From Candidatus Aenigmatarchaeota archaeon (GTDB taxonomy: Archaea; Aenigmatarchaeota; Aenigmatarchaeia; Aenigmatarchaeales; JACQIB01): a DNA stretch of 16,827 bases. The position numbers were made by a program, and so were the translations under genes. This document shows, piece after piece, positions 7,944 through 15,837 of this stretch; the first letter of the stretch is position 1; each line of letters opens with the position of its first letter. The stretch spans positions 1 to 16,827 of the forward strand of contig JAZDNN010000031.1 of the NCBI GenBank assembly GCA_043799675.1, in the 5' to 3' direction. A model generated the notes under the pieces. It was not told where the DNA came from. It worked only from the letters and a program-made list of their open reading frames with translations, and did not search any database.

Positions 7944-9353
7944 TCAGAAGTTCCTTGCCTTCCTTTCGAAGGCAAGCATGAACAGGTGCTTTGTTTTCCT
8001 TATGAACTCGGCCTTGGTCCGGGTCCTCATCAGTCCGGGTATGAGTCTCCCGGGCCTGAGAGTGTTCTTCAGCATTATCCTGTTCCTGACCCTGCAGAGA
8101 TACTTGAACGCCTCCATCTTCTCCGCGGCCGTGAATTCGGCGGTTTCGAAGTTGGGGGAATCCCAAAGCGGGATGTCGAGGTCCCTGAGAATCTTGACTC
8201 CGGGAGAATGCACGTAATCCCAAAGCTCGGTTCCCTCGTACGGAGCGACCATATTCAGAACTATCTTATCCAGATCGAGCTCCTTCATGGTTTTGGCCAT
8301 TTCCTTCGCCTTCTGCATGTTCATACCCGGGAGGTCGAGGATGAAGTAACCTCCCACGGTTATGCCTATTTCCTTGGTGAGACGTATGGCGTTCCTTATT
8401 TCCTCGAGTTTCTCCCCTTTCCTTATGCGCTCAAGCACCGAATCATCGGTGCTCTCGATGCCGTAATTTATCATGGCGCAGCCCGCGCGCTTCATTTTCT
8501 CGAGAAGTTCCCTGTCGATAAGGTTTGCCCTGAGACCTGTCGCGCACACCCACGTGAACTTCAGTCCCCGCTCAATCATCATGTCGCATATCTTTTTGGC
8601 CCTGTCCATGTTTATGTTGAACGCGTCGTCGAGTATCGTCAACGGCCTTTTCTTGAATTCATCCGGATACGTCCTCAGGAGCATTTCGAGCTCGCTGATG
8701 ACGCTCTCAGGGCTTCTGCTTCTCCATCCCCTACCCAGCCACAGGTGCGAGGAACAGTAAATGCACTGGTACGGACAGCCTCGGGAAGTGAGTATGGTCA
8801 GGCTGCCTCTATAGTCGCTCATTTTAAGCATGTCCCTGGCAGGTAACGGCAGGCTGTCAAGGTTTGCTATGAGCTGACGCGGCTTGTTGACCGTTATTCC
8901 GTCCTTTCTGTAGATTATCCCGTCAATGCCGTTGAGGTCGCCTTTCCCGTTGAGCAGGTGTCTGGTAAGTTCGAGCATGGTATTTTCTCCTTCCCCGTAT
9001 ACGAGGAAATCTATTCCGGGCGTTTCTTCCAGAAGTTTTCCCTTCTTCAACGTGACGTGCGGGCCTCCGGCGACGATTTTGACGTCCGGCAGCTCGCGCC
9101 TTATTTCGGCTATCAGTTCCTTTGTGTAGGGATACTGTTCTGTCAATACACCGAATCCGATTATTTTTGGCCTTTTTTCCTTGAGGAATGAAACAAAACC
9201 CTTCTTATCGTCAAGGAAATCTATTCCGAGGTCTATTATGCCCGTATCAAAACCAGCCCTTCTTAGCACAGCCGCTATGTAGGCTATGCCCAGCGGCGGG
9301 TTGCCGCTGAACATGTATACACTTGACCTCGGGAATACGAGCAGTACATCCAT
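7944..9353 (-). CDS. B12-binding-domain radical SAM protein (class B methyltransferase-like), 469 aa
   Basis: PPLGIAYIAAVL, IVAGGPHVT, GEGENT, LDSLPLPARD, TSRGCPYQCIYC (8754-8777), LDDAF, YGIES and APYEGTEL. Start re-called to ATG 9353 (MDVLLVFP). Confidence 0.92.
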   Translation of the reverse strand: MDVLLVFPRSSVYMFSGNPPLGIAYIAAVLRRAGFDTGIIDLGIDFLDDKKGFVSFLKEKRPKIIGFGVLTEQYPYTKELIAEIRRELPDVKIVAGGPHVTLKKGKLLEETPGIDFLVYGEGENTMLELTRHLLNGKGDLNGIDGIIYRKDGITVNKPRQLIANLDSLPLPARDMLKMSDYRGSLTILTSRGCPYQCIYCSSHLWLGRGWRSRSPESVISELEMLLRTYPDEFKKRPLTILDDAFNINMDRAKKICDMMIERGLKFTWVCATGLRANLIDRELLEKMKRAGCAMINYGIESTDDSVLERIRKGEKLEEIRNAIRLTKEIGITVGGYFILDLPGMNMQKAKEMAKTMKELDLDKIVLNMVAPYEGTELWDYVHSPGVKILRDLDIPLWDSPNFETAEFTAAEKMEAFKYLCRVRNRIMLKNTLRPGRLIPGLMRTRTKAEFIRKTKHLFMLAFERKARNF

Positions 9354-9361
9354 GCTATCAC

Positions 9362-9392
9362 TGCCATGAATGTATGGCAAAAGTTTTATAAA
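9362..9392 (-). promoter_or_regulatory. TATA box plus downstream inverted repeat
   Basis: TTTATAAAA (9392-9384) lies 30 nt before ATG 9353; TGCCAT-N6-ATGGCA is at 9362-9379. Confidence 0.55.
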
Positions 9393-9415
9393 GCGATGAA
9401 CTGGTTGTCCCGTAT

Positions 9416-10723
9416 TTATGGCTTAAGCTGTTTTGTTTGGCTGCTTCTTCTGAAAAGACCGTACGTCTTACCGACAGTTATGGCTACCATTCTATATATC
9501 ACTTCGATATCAAAGTGTAGGTCATGCTTCTTCCTGATCTGAAGAAGGAACAGGACGTTGACTGTCACGCTCCCGAAAAACCACGTCAATGCGGCACCCG
9601 TCAGACCGTATGCAGGTATCATGTAATAACCGGAAACGGCAAGTACAGCTATGGCCGCCGCCGCACTCGTTATTCCTATCCGGAAGTCCCCCCTACCCTT
9701 CACGAGCGAATCGGTGGTTGAACTTATGACGTTGATGAAAGAGCCCGCAATCAGGATCGGAACTATCAACAATCCTTCCGAATATGCCGGAAACAGTAAT
9801 CGTACGAAATGCCCGAGCAGAAGAAACATGACCACACACATAAAAGTAGCTGTTACGGTCGTTATGGTCAGAGACGCACTGAGGAGTTTTCCGGTTCTTT
9901 CCTCGTCTGTGGATAATTCCGAGAAATAAGGGAAAAGAACCGTGTTTACCGCTGCCGGAATCAACCCGATGCCAATGACGATTAACTTGAATATCAGACC
10001 GAAAATTCCTACCTCTTCGGCGGGTAGAAAGGCCCCTACCATGTAATATGTTATCTGGGCATAGATGGCTAGAAAAATGAAGTAGGTAAAGGAACGTAAG
10101 GAATAGTTCACCAATTTTCTTGTTTCAAAGTATCCGGGAGAAAGTCCGTTTTTTTTCAGACCAAAAGACGCTATGATGAAGGACAAGAATATGGCCGCAA
10201 CAAGTCCCCACAACACCCCGCCAACACCGAATCCGAGCGCAAAAGCGACGGCGGCAAAAATCAGCCTCCCGATGTCGTTGATAGCCAGGACCGTAACGAA
10301 CAGTTTCATGCGTTTCATGCCCAGATAGACGCTCTTCAGCACTTCCATGCCGGGTCTTATCGCGAGCGCTATTGCGACTATGCGCAGGTATCCTCCTATC
10401 GGTTTTCCGAGGAGCCCGGCAATGAAGTCCGCCCCGAAGAAAAGGACTGCTGCCATTATGATGCCTATGATGATTTCCATCGTCGCGACTTTCTTTGCTA
10501 TGCACCGCAATCTGGTCTCCGCGATGTACTTCGTGCCGGCGTCGTTTATGCCATAGAAGAACACTAGCCCCAGCTCGAACACGGACATGGATAACACGAA
10601 CAGTCCGTAGTCGGCCGGACCCAGCGTGTTGGAAACCAGCAACGTGAAAATGAATGAGATTACAGCAGCTGTTATGCTCCAGCCTCCTATGAGACCCGTC
10701 TTAAGCGCTATTTCCCGTTTCAT
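9416..10723 (-). CDS. Oligosaccharide flippase (Wzx/MATE-like polysaccharide biosynthesis protein)
   Basis: 435 aa with about 12 hydrophobic segments. LGPADYGLF, EEVGIFG, NTVLFPYFS and IPAYGLTGAA are characteristic of Wzx/PST flippases. Confidence 0.88.
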   Translation of the reverse strand: MKREIALKTGLIGGWSITAAVISFIFTLLVSNTLGPADYGLFVLSMSVFELGLVFFYGINDAGTKYIAETRLRCIAKKVATMEIIIGIIMAAVLFFGADFIAGLLGKPIGGYLRIVAIALAIRPGMEVLKSVYLGMKRMKLFVTVLAINDIGRLIFAAVAFALGFGVGGVLWGLVAAIFLSFIIASFGLKKNGLSPGYFETRKLVNYSLRSFTYFIFLAIYAQITYYMVGAFLPAEEVGIFGLIFKLIVIGIGLIPAAVNTVLFPYFSELSTDEERTGKLLSASLTITTVTATFMCVVMFLLLGHFVRLLFPAYSEGLLIVPILIAGSFINVISSTTDSLVKGRGDFRIGITSAAAAIAVLAVSGYYMIPAYGLTGAALTWFFGSVTVNVLFLLQIRKKHDLHFDIEVIYRMVAITVGKTYGLFRRSSQTKQLKP

Positions 10724-10724
10724 A

Positions 10725-11441
10725 CTATCCTTTCAGAGGTTTCTGCGCTATTATGATAAAGTTGTATCCCAGATGAGGAAAGATTGGTTTGAAAACATAT
10801 TTGGATGCTTTTAACAGGACATCCTTGATTAGGCGGGTCCTGTGTACGGGTAAGAACCAGTCATCGTATACATGGATTTCACAGCCCAACTTCAGCAGTT
10901 CGTTCCTGAATGCTATTCCGCTGGTCATCCATTTATGATCGGATTCGCTTCCCCATTTGAATTTATCGGGTTTTGTCATGACGTAATCCCTCCATCTGAA
11001 AGGGTTCTTTCCGGATTTGAGGAAAAAATACATGTTCGGCTGGTTTGGAGCCTTGATTAATATTTTCCCGCCAGGTCTTGCCACCCTGACCATCTGCTCG
11101 ACTATCTTCATGGGATTGTCAGCATGTTCAAGAACATCGACCGTGATTACCCAATCGAAACCGTCCTTTTCGAAGTAGGACGTCAATGCATGTGCATCCC
11201 CGCAAACGAACTTTTTCGAAGGGTACAGTTTTTTGGCAAGCCTTATGCTTCCCGGAGCTATGTCGAATCCGGTGTATTTACAGTCAGTTAGCTCTTCGGA
11301 AAGTTGCCCTGGACCGGAACCTACTTCGAGCACGTTCCCCCTGATGGGCAATCTTCTCACCCACCAGAAATAATCCGCACTTTTCCTGAATTTGAAATAT
11401 TCTCTAAGATAATTTTCGTCGTTGAACTCGAATACGGCCAT
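10725..11441 (-). CDS. Class I SAM-dependent methyltransferase
   Basis: VLEVGSGPG (motif I), GFDIA, GDAHAL, FDWVITVDVLEH and RVARPGGKILIKAPN. The stop is 1 nt before the flippase ATG. Confidence 0.9.
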   Translation of the reverse strand: MAVFEFNDENYLREYFKFRKSADYFWWVRRLPIRGNVLEVGSGPGQLSEELTDCKYTGFDIAPGSIRLAKKLYPSKKFVCGDAHALTSYFEKDGFDWVITVDVLEHADNPMKIVEQMVRVARPGGKILIKAPNQPNMYFFLKSGKNPFRWRDYVMTKPDKFKWGSESDHKWMTSGIAFRNELLKLGCEIHVYDDWFLPVHRTRLIKDVLLKASKYVFKPIFPHLGYNFIIIAQKPLKG

Positions 11442-11463
11442 ACCGAAGGGTAATGCACCATGC

Positions 11464-11513
11464 TTTTTAAACAGGATGATCTGCAGCTACCTGCTCGTTC
11501 ACATTCCTTTTAA
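11464..11513. promoter_or_regulatory. Divergent archaeal-type promoter pair
   Basis: Minus TTTAAAAA (11471-11464) is 22 nt before ATG 11441; plus TTTTAA (11508-11513) is 22 nt before ATG 11536. Confidence 0.6.
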
Positions 11514-11535
11514 GCTGGTAATCCATTCGGGATTT

Positions 11536-12660
11536 ATGCGATACGAATTTGAACTGGCACTGCTGGCATCTTTCATTCTCGCACTGGCAGTTCCACAGAC
11601 CGGCGTGATTTTTCTCGTTATGACCATGACTTATCTTGCCCGCCGCACCACACCCTTTGAATCCCGTGAAATGACTGCCGCTTGGGCCTTGATATTACAA
11701 CCGCTTCCGATACTGTTGGCCGGAGTAGCCACGATTTTTCTCGGATTCTCCCAGCCAGTACTCCTTTCGGTGATTCTCATTGCCACGTTGGCTTCCCTCT
11801 TCATAAAGAAGAGACCACTTTCCTCGGACCCTATAGCAAAACGTCATCTGCTCCTGTTGATACCGCTTGCCGTTGCCATATTCTTCCTTCCCAATTTCGC
11901 CCCGGGAAACGTCGATGAGCACGGTCTGTTTACGCCGTTCATCTACACCAGCGACCCCTGGTACCATCAATCCGTTACCCAGGAGATTGCAAACGGCATC
12001 TTGCCTCCGGACAATACGCATCTTGCCGGCTATCAACTCAGTTACTATTGGGGCGCGCACTTGTACATGGCTTCTGCCTCCACCCTGCTCGGAATTTCGG
12101 TTTCTTTGGGCTTTCGTATCATTCCGCTTCTTGTCATAGCATCCGTGGCAGCAGCCGCCTATCTCCTTGTCAGGCAGATTGCACCCAAGGTCGCCCTGAC
12201 CGGCACTATGCTAGGCCTGCTTGCCGGCCCGCTGGCTGCAGCCTATCTGGGAATAGGCGGCAAGCTTCTCGCATTCCCTTACATCGACGTCCTTGCAGAG
12301 TTCCACCCGCAGACCCTGGGTCTGACACTGTTCTTTGCCGCTCTCGCCTTTTATCTGCGGGCATTCGAACGGATTGAGAACGGGACAAGTAAGCCATATG
12401 CCATACTTCCGGCGCTGGCATTCACGATCCCGCTCGCGTTCGTCCACACACTTTCGTTCATCGTTCTTGCCGCGCTCATGCTGCTTTACTGGATCGCCCG
12501 CGACTTCCAGATTAAGTTGGATTTCGGTTATGCCAAGTATGCCGCAGGTCTGGTTTCGCTTGCAGCGACAGCTATTCTGTTACCGGTAGACGCATTGGCA
12601 GCCGTTATACCGCTGTCAATAGGAATGACAGTCCTCCGTGGAAATCGGAAACCAAGCTGA
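11536..12660 (+). CDS. Polytopic membrane protein, putative GT-C-fold glycosyltransferase, N-terminal part of a frameshift-split gene
   Basis: Many TM segments and a first external loop with DPWYHQSVTQEIANGILPPDNTHLAGYQLSYYWGAHLY, a D-x-x-x-H / YY pattern seen in putative GT-C membrane proteins. Start re-called to ATG 11536. Confidence 0.7.
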   Translation: MRYEFELALLASFILALAVPQTGVIFLVMTMTYLARRTTPFESREMTAAWALILQPLPILLAGVATIFLGFSQPVLLSVILIATLASLFIKKRPLSSDPIAKRHLLLLIPLAVAIFFLPNFAPGNVDEHGLFTPFIYTSDPWYHQSVTQEIANGILPPDNTHLAGYQLSYYWGAHLYMASASTLLGISVSLGFRIIPLLVIASVAAAAYLLVRQIAPKVALTGTMLGLLAGPLAAAYLGIGGKLLAFPYIDVLAEFHPQTLGLTLFFAALAFYLRAFERIENGTSKPYAILPALAFTIPLAFVHTLSFIVLAALMLLYWIARDFQIKLDFGYAKYAAGLVSLAATAILLPVDALAAVIPLSIGMTVLRGNRKPS

Positions 12661-12680
12661 ACCTCAATGGGAAACTTTTC

Positions 12681-13616
12681 ATGATTCCTCTGGTTTGCAT
12701 CGCGACGGCAGTCCTTGTCAACCTGCCGCTTTTGCTCCATATGTCACCGGGTTCGGAAACCGGCGGTGCGGCTGACGTGGGTGAAAGCAAGTATCAAGAC
12801 AGTTTCTATGTTCTTACAGGCACAGCGTCGGCAATCATCGGTTTCTCCGGGCTCCCGATCGTTCTTGTGCTGCTCTTCCTTTCATGGATCGGGCGCAATC
12901 TGGATAGGAAAGAGGTCTGGATACCGTCGCTTTTCTTTGGCGTTGCTTTCATCGTTGCGATGATAGGCAAACTGCCGCTGGTGCTGAACGCACCTCTACC
13001 CTTCGGTTTGTTTATGATTTTACGCCGCTTCCTGAATGCAGCCCCCATCTTTTTGGGCATAATCGCAGCCATCGTTCTGGAAGAAAGGGTGAAACGGAAA
13101 TGGCTGCGAACCGCATTCATTATAATTGCAATCATCCCGACCTTCGTCGGCGGCCTGCTCATGACCTTTGGCAACCTTCCGTACGGCCCTGGACCGCAAC
13201 ATGTATCGCAGGCGGAAACAGATTCGTTTGCATGGATAAATGCCAACACACCTGCGGATGCCGTTTTCATAATCAGACCGATGCTGCTGTTCGGAGAACC
13301 TGTGCAACTGGGTACAAGCGGTGTGAAACTCGCAACCAACCATCCGCTGCCTGTTTTTACCGGCAGACGGGTCCTGATGGGCTCTGACGAATATTCGTCT
13401 GTGATGAATCCAGAGGTTCCGCACCAAATTATTCTTGACAGGTTATCCGCGATAGAATCCGTATACAACGGTACGTCCGAACCGGGTGTTGCGGAAGCAT
13501 CGGGTGCCGATTATATCTATTATGGTCCCCTCGAACAAGAAAAGTGGCCGAACATGAGCTTCAACCTGCCTATTGTTTATCGGAGGGATGGCATAACGAT
13601 ATACAGAACTAAATGA
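12681..13616 (+). CDS. Membrane protein with extracellular C-terminal domain, C-terminal part of the same putative GT-C gene
   Basis: About 5 TM segments, then a soluble domain (FAWINANTPADAVF...TGRRVLMG...GADYIYYG...VYRRDGITIYR) resembling GT-C/AglB-like C-terminal domains. Its frame is open back to 12516, and there is no TATA or SD before ATG 12681. Confidence 0.7.
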   Translation: MIPLVCIATAVLVNLPLLLHMSPGSETGGAADVGESKYQDSFYVLTGTASAIIGFSGLPIVLVLLFLSWIGRNLDRKEVWIPSLFFGVAFIVAMIGKLPLVLNAPLPFGLFMILRRFLNAAPIFLGIIAAIVLEERVKRKWLRTAFIIIAIIPTFVGGLLMTFGNLPYGPGPQHVSQAETDSFAWINANTPADAVFIIRPMLLFGEPVQLGTSGVKLATNHPLPVFTGRRVLMGSDEYSSVMNPEVPHQIILDRLSAIESVYNGTSEPGVAEASGADYIYYGPLEQEKWPNMSFNLPIVYRRDGITIYRTK

Positions 13617-13617
13617 T

Positions 13618-14229
13618 TCATTTTTTCCTGCGAACCTTGTATACAGTGTAAACGAAAGGTATTGATTTTGACCCGGTTACCGTTGCTCTTTCCGTTATTT
13701 TCCCTTCTATTTCTTGGCTTGTGCTTTTATGATTCTTCAGAGCGGGGGATCCGTTCAGCTTGAACCAAGCCTTGACGAAAACGGAAGAATTGGGTACTCC
13801 TACTAACACGAAACCGTCGTTCTTGACCAGTGAAAGTAGCTTTTCCACGGCCTCGGTTAATCTCTTTCCTTCCATATGCTCCAGAACGGACATGCATATA
13901 ACGACATCGAACTCATTCTTCCACGGCGCTTCAAGAAGAGAAATCTTCCTGTAATCGGCCATACCTACCATTTCCCTTACAAGTCCCATTTTATCGTGTA
14001 TGTCTATGGCGGTAACGCTCCCCAGTTTCGAAAGGGACGGTTCCAATATTCCGGAACCGAAGCCGACATCCAATATTTTTTCATGCTTCCTGTCACCAAG
14101 GAGGTCTAAAGCCATTTGAAGACGTTTTCGGTACACCCAACGAGATAATCGGTTGTAGTAACGGCTCGAAATCACATCGTCCTGTGAAGTCAGAAATATT
14201 TTACCACGCGACGGTATTACAAGTTTCAT
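13618..14229 (-). CDS. Class I SAM-dependent methyltransferase
   Basis: ILDVGFGSG, AIDI, FDVVICMSVLEH and GFVLVGVPN. The start overlaps the upstream stop (ATGA) and is preceded by AGTGAT. Confidence 0.88.
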   Translation of the reverse strand: MKLVIPSRGKIFLTSQDDVISSRYYNRLSRWVYRKRLQMALDLLGDRKHEKILDVGFGSGILEPSLSKLGSVTAIDIHDKMGLVREMVGMADYRKISLLEAPWKNEFDVVICMSVLEHMEGKRLTEAVEKLLSLVKNDGFVLVGVPNSSVFVKAWFKLNGSPALKNHKSTSQEIEGKITERATVTGSKSIPFVYTVYKVRRKK

Positions 14230-15740
14230 TCAATCACTACAGTTGAACCTTCTTTCCGCGGCACTTTGCTTTGATTACGGTAGCATTTCCATAGACCTGT
14301 GCTGGTTGAAAAAGACACGGGGGAACTTAGTGCGGTAACCTCTCTTGCCTTTCCTACCATATCCCCTATTATTACTCTATCCGAAACGCCTATCAATCTG
14401 CTATAAACATCGCCACTTCTTTTTGAACCTGCAACGAGCGCCCTTCGCGCCGCTTTCTTGACCGTACCTGAAAGTCCTATGGACGTTGCAATCCTGACCG
14501 CAACCTGAGTGGAAGGTTTCTGATATCTCGACTTGACCGGTCTCCATGACCCGTTTATCTCCACTTTACTGTCCGAAACGATAGCTGTGCTGAACCCAGC
14601 ACTAGTTACCGTCCTTCCGTTCAATATCCCGACGAGACCGGCATCAGAATAGGCAAGTTCTTTTCCCTTGAAGACTGTAGCAGCGCCGCCGTTCTTTATG
14701 TTGACAACAACATAGAATTTCGGCGTCTTCCTGACGTAAAGACCGCAGTTCTGGAAGTGCCTGCTGAAAGGCTTTCCCTGTGACGGAAGCATTCCTGCCT
14801 GCAACTGCCTGTCACCGTAACGCGCGGCAATCAGGTAGCTGTAGAGCGTTCCTGTAACGAAGCGGTCATCGAATGCCACCGGATCAATCGAGCCGCCGTC
14901 CTTTATGGCATCCCGCAGGACCGCGGCAATTTGCGCCGCCTTTGGTATCTCTGCCGCAAGCATCTCGAATCCGGCCGGGAGTATCAGGTTCGTTCCCCTG
15001 CTCCCGTAGCCGCCTCCTGCGCTTCCGTCCGGATGCACGAAATACGAGAAGAACTCAATCGCTTTTTCCAGCGCAGCCTTGACCTTGCAGTCATGTGAAT
15101 TCAACCAATAATCGGCAAGATAGTATATGCTGAACGATTGGTATCCTATGTCTGCCCCTCCGTATTCGTTGAACCATCCTTCGGTATCCTGTAACGAGAG
15201 AACCAGCTCCATTTTCTTCTTTGCATACAGGAGATATTTTTCGTCGCCGGTGACCTTGTAAATCCTCATTAACGCCGCGGCCGCACCCGCATCGTGGTTT
15301 GCAACAACGGTATCCGTATGTTTTGCCAGCCAGTCTCCCGCCTTTGCCAGTGCATTGATGACAACTTCATCCTTCATATTCAGTTCATCGACAGCCGCGG
15401 CTATTGACCATGCACTGAAAGCGGTTGCAACATGGCTGTGCTCGTGCGGATGGTACTCGTCAAACGAGCCGTCCTTCGCTTGGATTTTTGCCCAGAACCT
15501 GCAGGCCGCCTTGGCCAACTCGGCTATTTGCTTATCTCCCTTCCATTCGCAATCTGATTTTGTCAGCAATGCCAAGCTCAGTGCCGCCTCCTGGAAGCGC
15601 GCATCCACGAAATCCGTGACCTTGTATTTCCACCACTGTCTGTCAAAGCAGCCGTAGCTCGGGCTGGATGGTTCCCTGTCCAGTAAAGTAAGCAGATGCG
15701 GCACTGCCTGGAGCGATTTCTCAAGCCAGATATCTTGCAC
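14226..15740 (-). CDS. Uncharacterised protein, probable (alpha/alpha) toroid N-terminal domain plus beta-rich C-terminal domain
   Basis: 504 aa with a GTG start 22 nt after TTTTAAA. It has helical repeats ending QAKDGSF, QDTEGWF and HPDGSA, plus YGCFDRQWWKYK, NH and EYGGADIGY motifs. Translationally coupled to the methyltransferase. Confidence 0.75.
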   Translation of the reverse strand: MQDIWLEKSLQAVPHLLTLLDREPSSPSYGCFDRQWWKYKVTDFVDARFQEAALSLALLTKSDCEWKGDKQIAELAKAACRFWAKIQAKDGSFDEYHPHEHSHVATAFSAWSIAAAVDELNMKDEVVINALAKAGDWLAKHTDTVVANHDAGAAAALMRIYKVTGDEKYLLYAKKKMELVLSLQDTEGWFNEYGGADIGYQSFSIYYLADYWLNSHDCKVKAALEKAIEFFSYFVHPDGSAGGGYGSRGTNLILPAGFEMLAAEIPKAAQIAAVLRDAIKDGGSIDPVAFDDRFVTGTLYSYLIAARYGDRQLQAGMLPSQGKPFSRHFQNCGLYVRKTPKFYVVVNIKNGGAATVFKGKELAYSDAGLVGILNGRTVTSAGFSTAIVSDSKVEINGSWRPVKSRYQKPSTQVAVRIATSIGLSGTVKKAARRALVAGSKRSGDVYSRLIGVSDRVIIGDMVGKAREVTALSSPVSFSTSTGLWKCYRNQSKVPRKEGSTVVIE

Positions 15741-15762
15741 GGTTATGCTGCGAAAGACAGGC

Positions 15763-15815
15763 TTTAAAACCTTCTTTATCGCGAATCCAGAACCGCAAGG
15801 GCGGAAGGTTTAAAT
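15763..15815. promoter_or_regulatory. Symmetric back-to-back BRE/TATA promoter pair
   Basis: Minus GAAGGTTTTAAA (15774-15763) is 22 nt before GTG 15740; plus GAAGGTTTAAAT (15804-15815) is 22 nt before ATG 15838. Confidence 0.7.
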
Positions 15816-15837
15816 GAGTTCTGCCAGAGCTTCGGGT

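Noticed and set aside
7986..8846. 286-aa plus-strand ORF and similar short opposite-strand ORFs (510-1049, 1477-1983, 2095-2622, 12806-13468)
   Set aside because: All lie antisense within well-supported genes and lack recognisable motifs or promoters.
11536..13616. AglB oligosaccharyltransferase call
   Set aside because: No WWDxG motif in the C-terminal domain.
14226..15740. Squalene-hopene cyclase call from QW-like repeats
   Set aside because: No DxDD motif, too short, and the beta-rich C-terminus does not fit.
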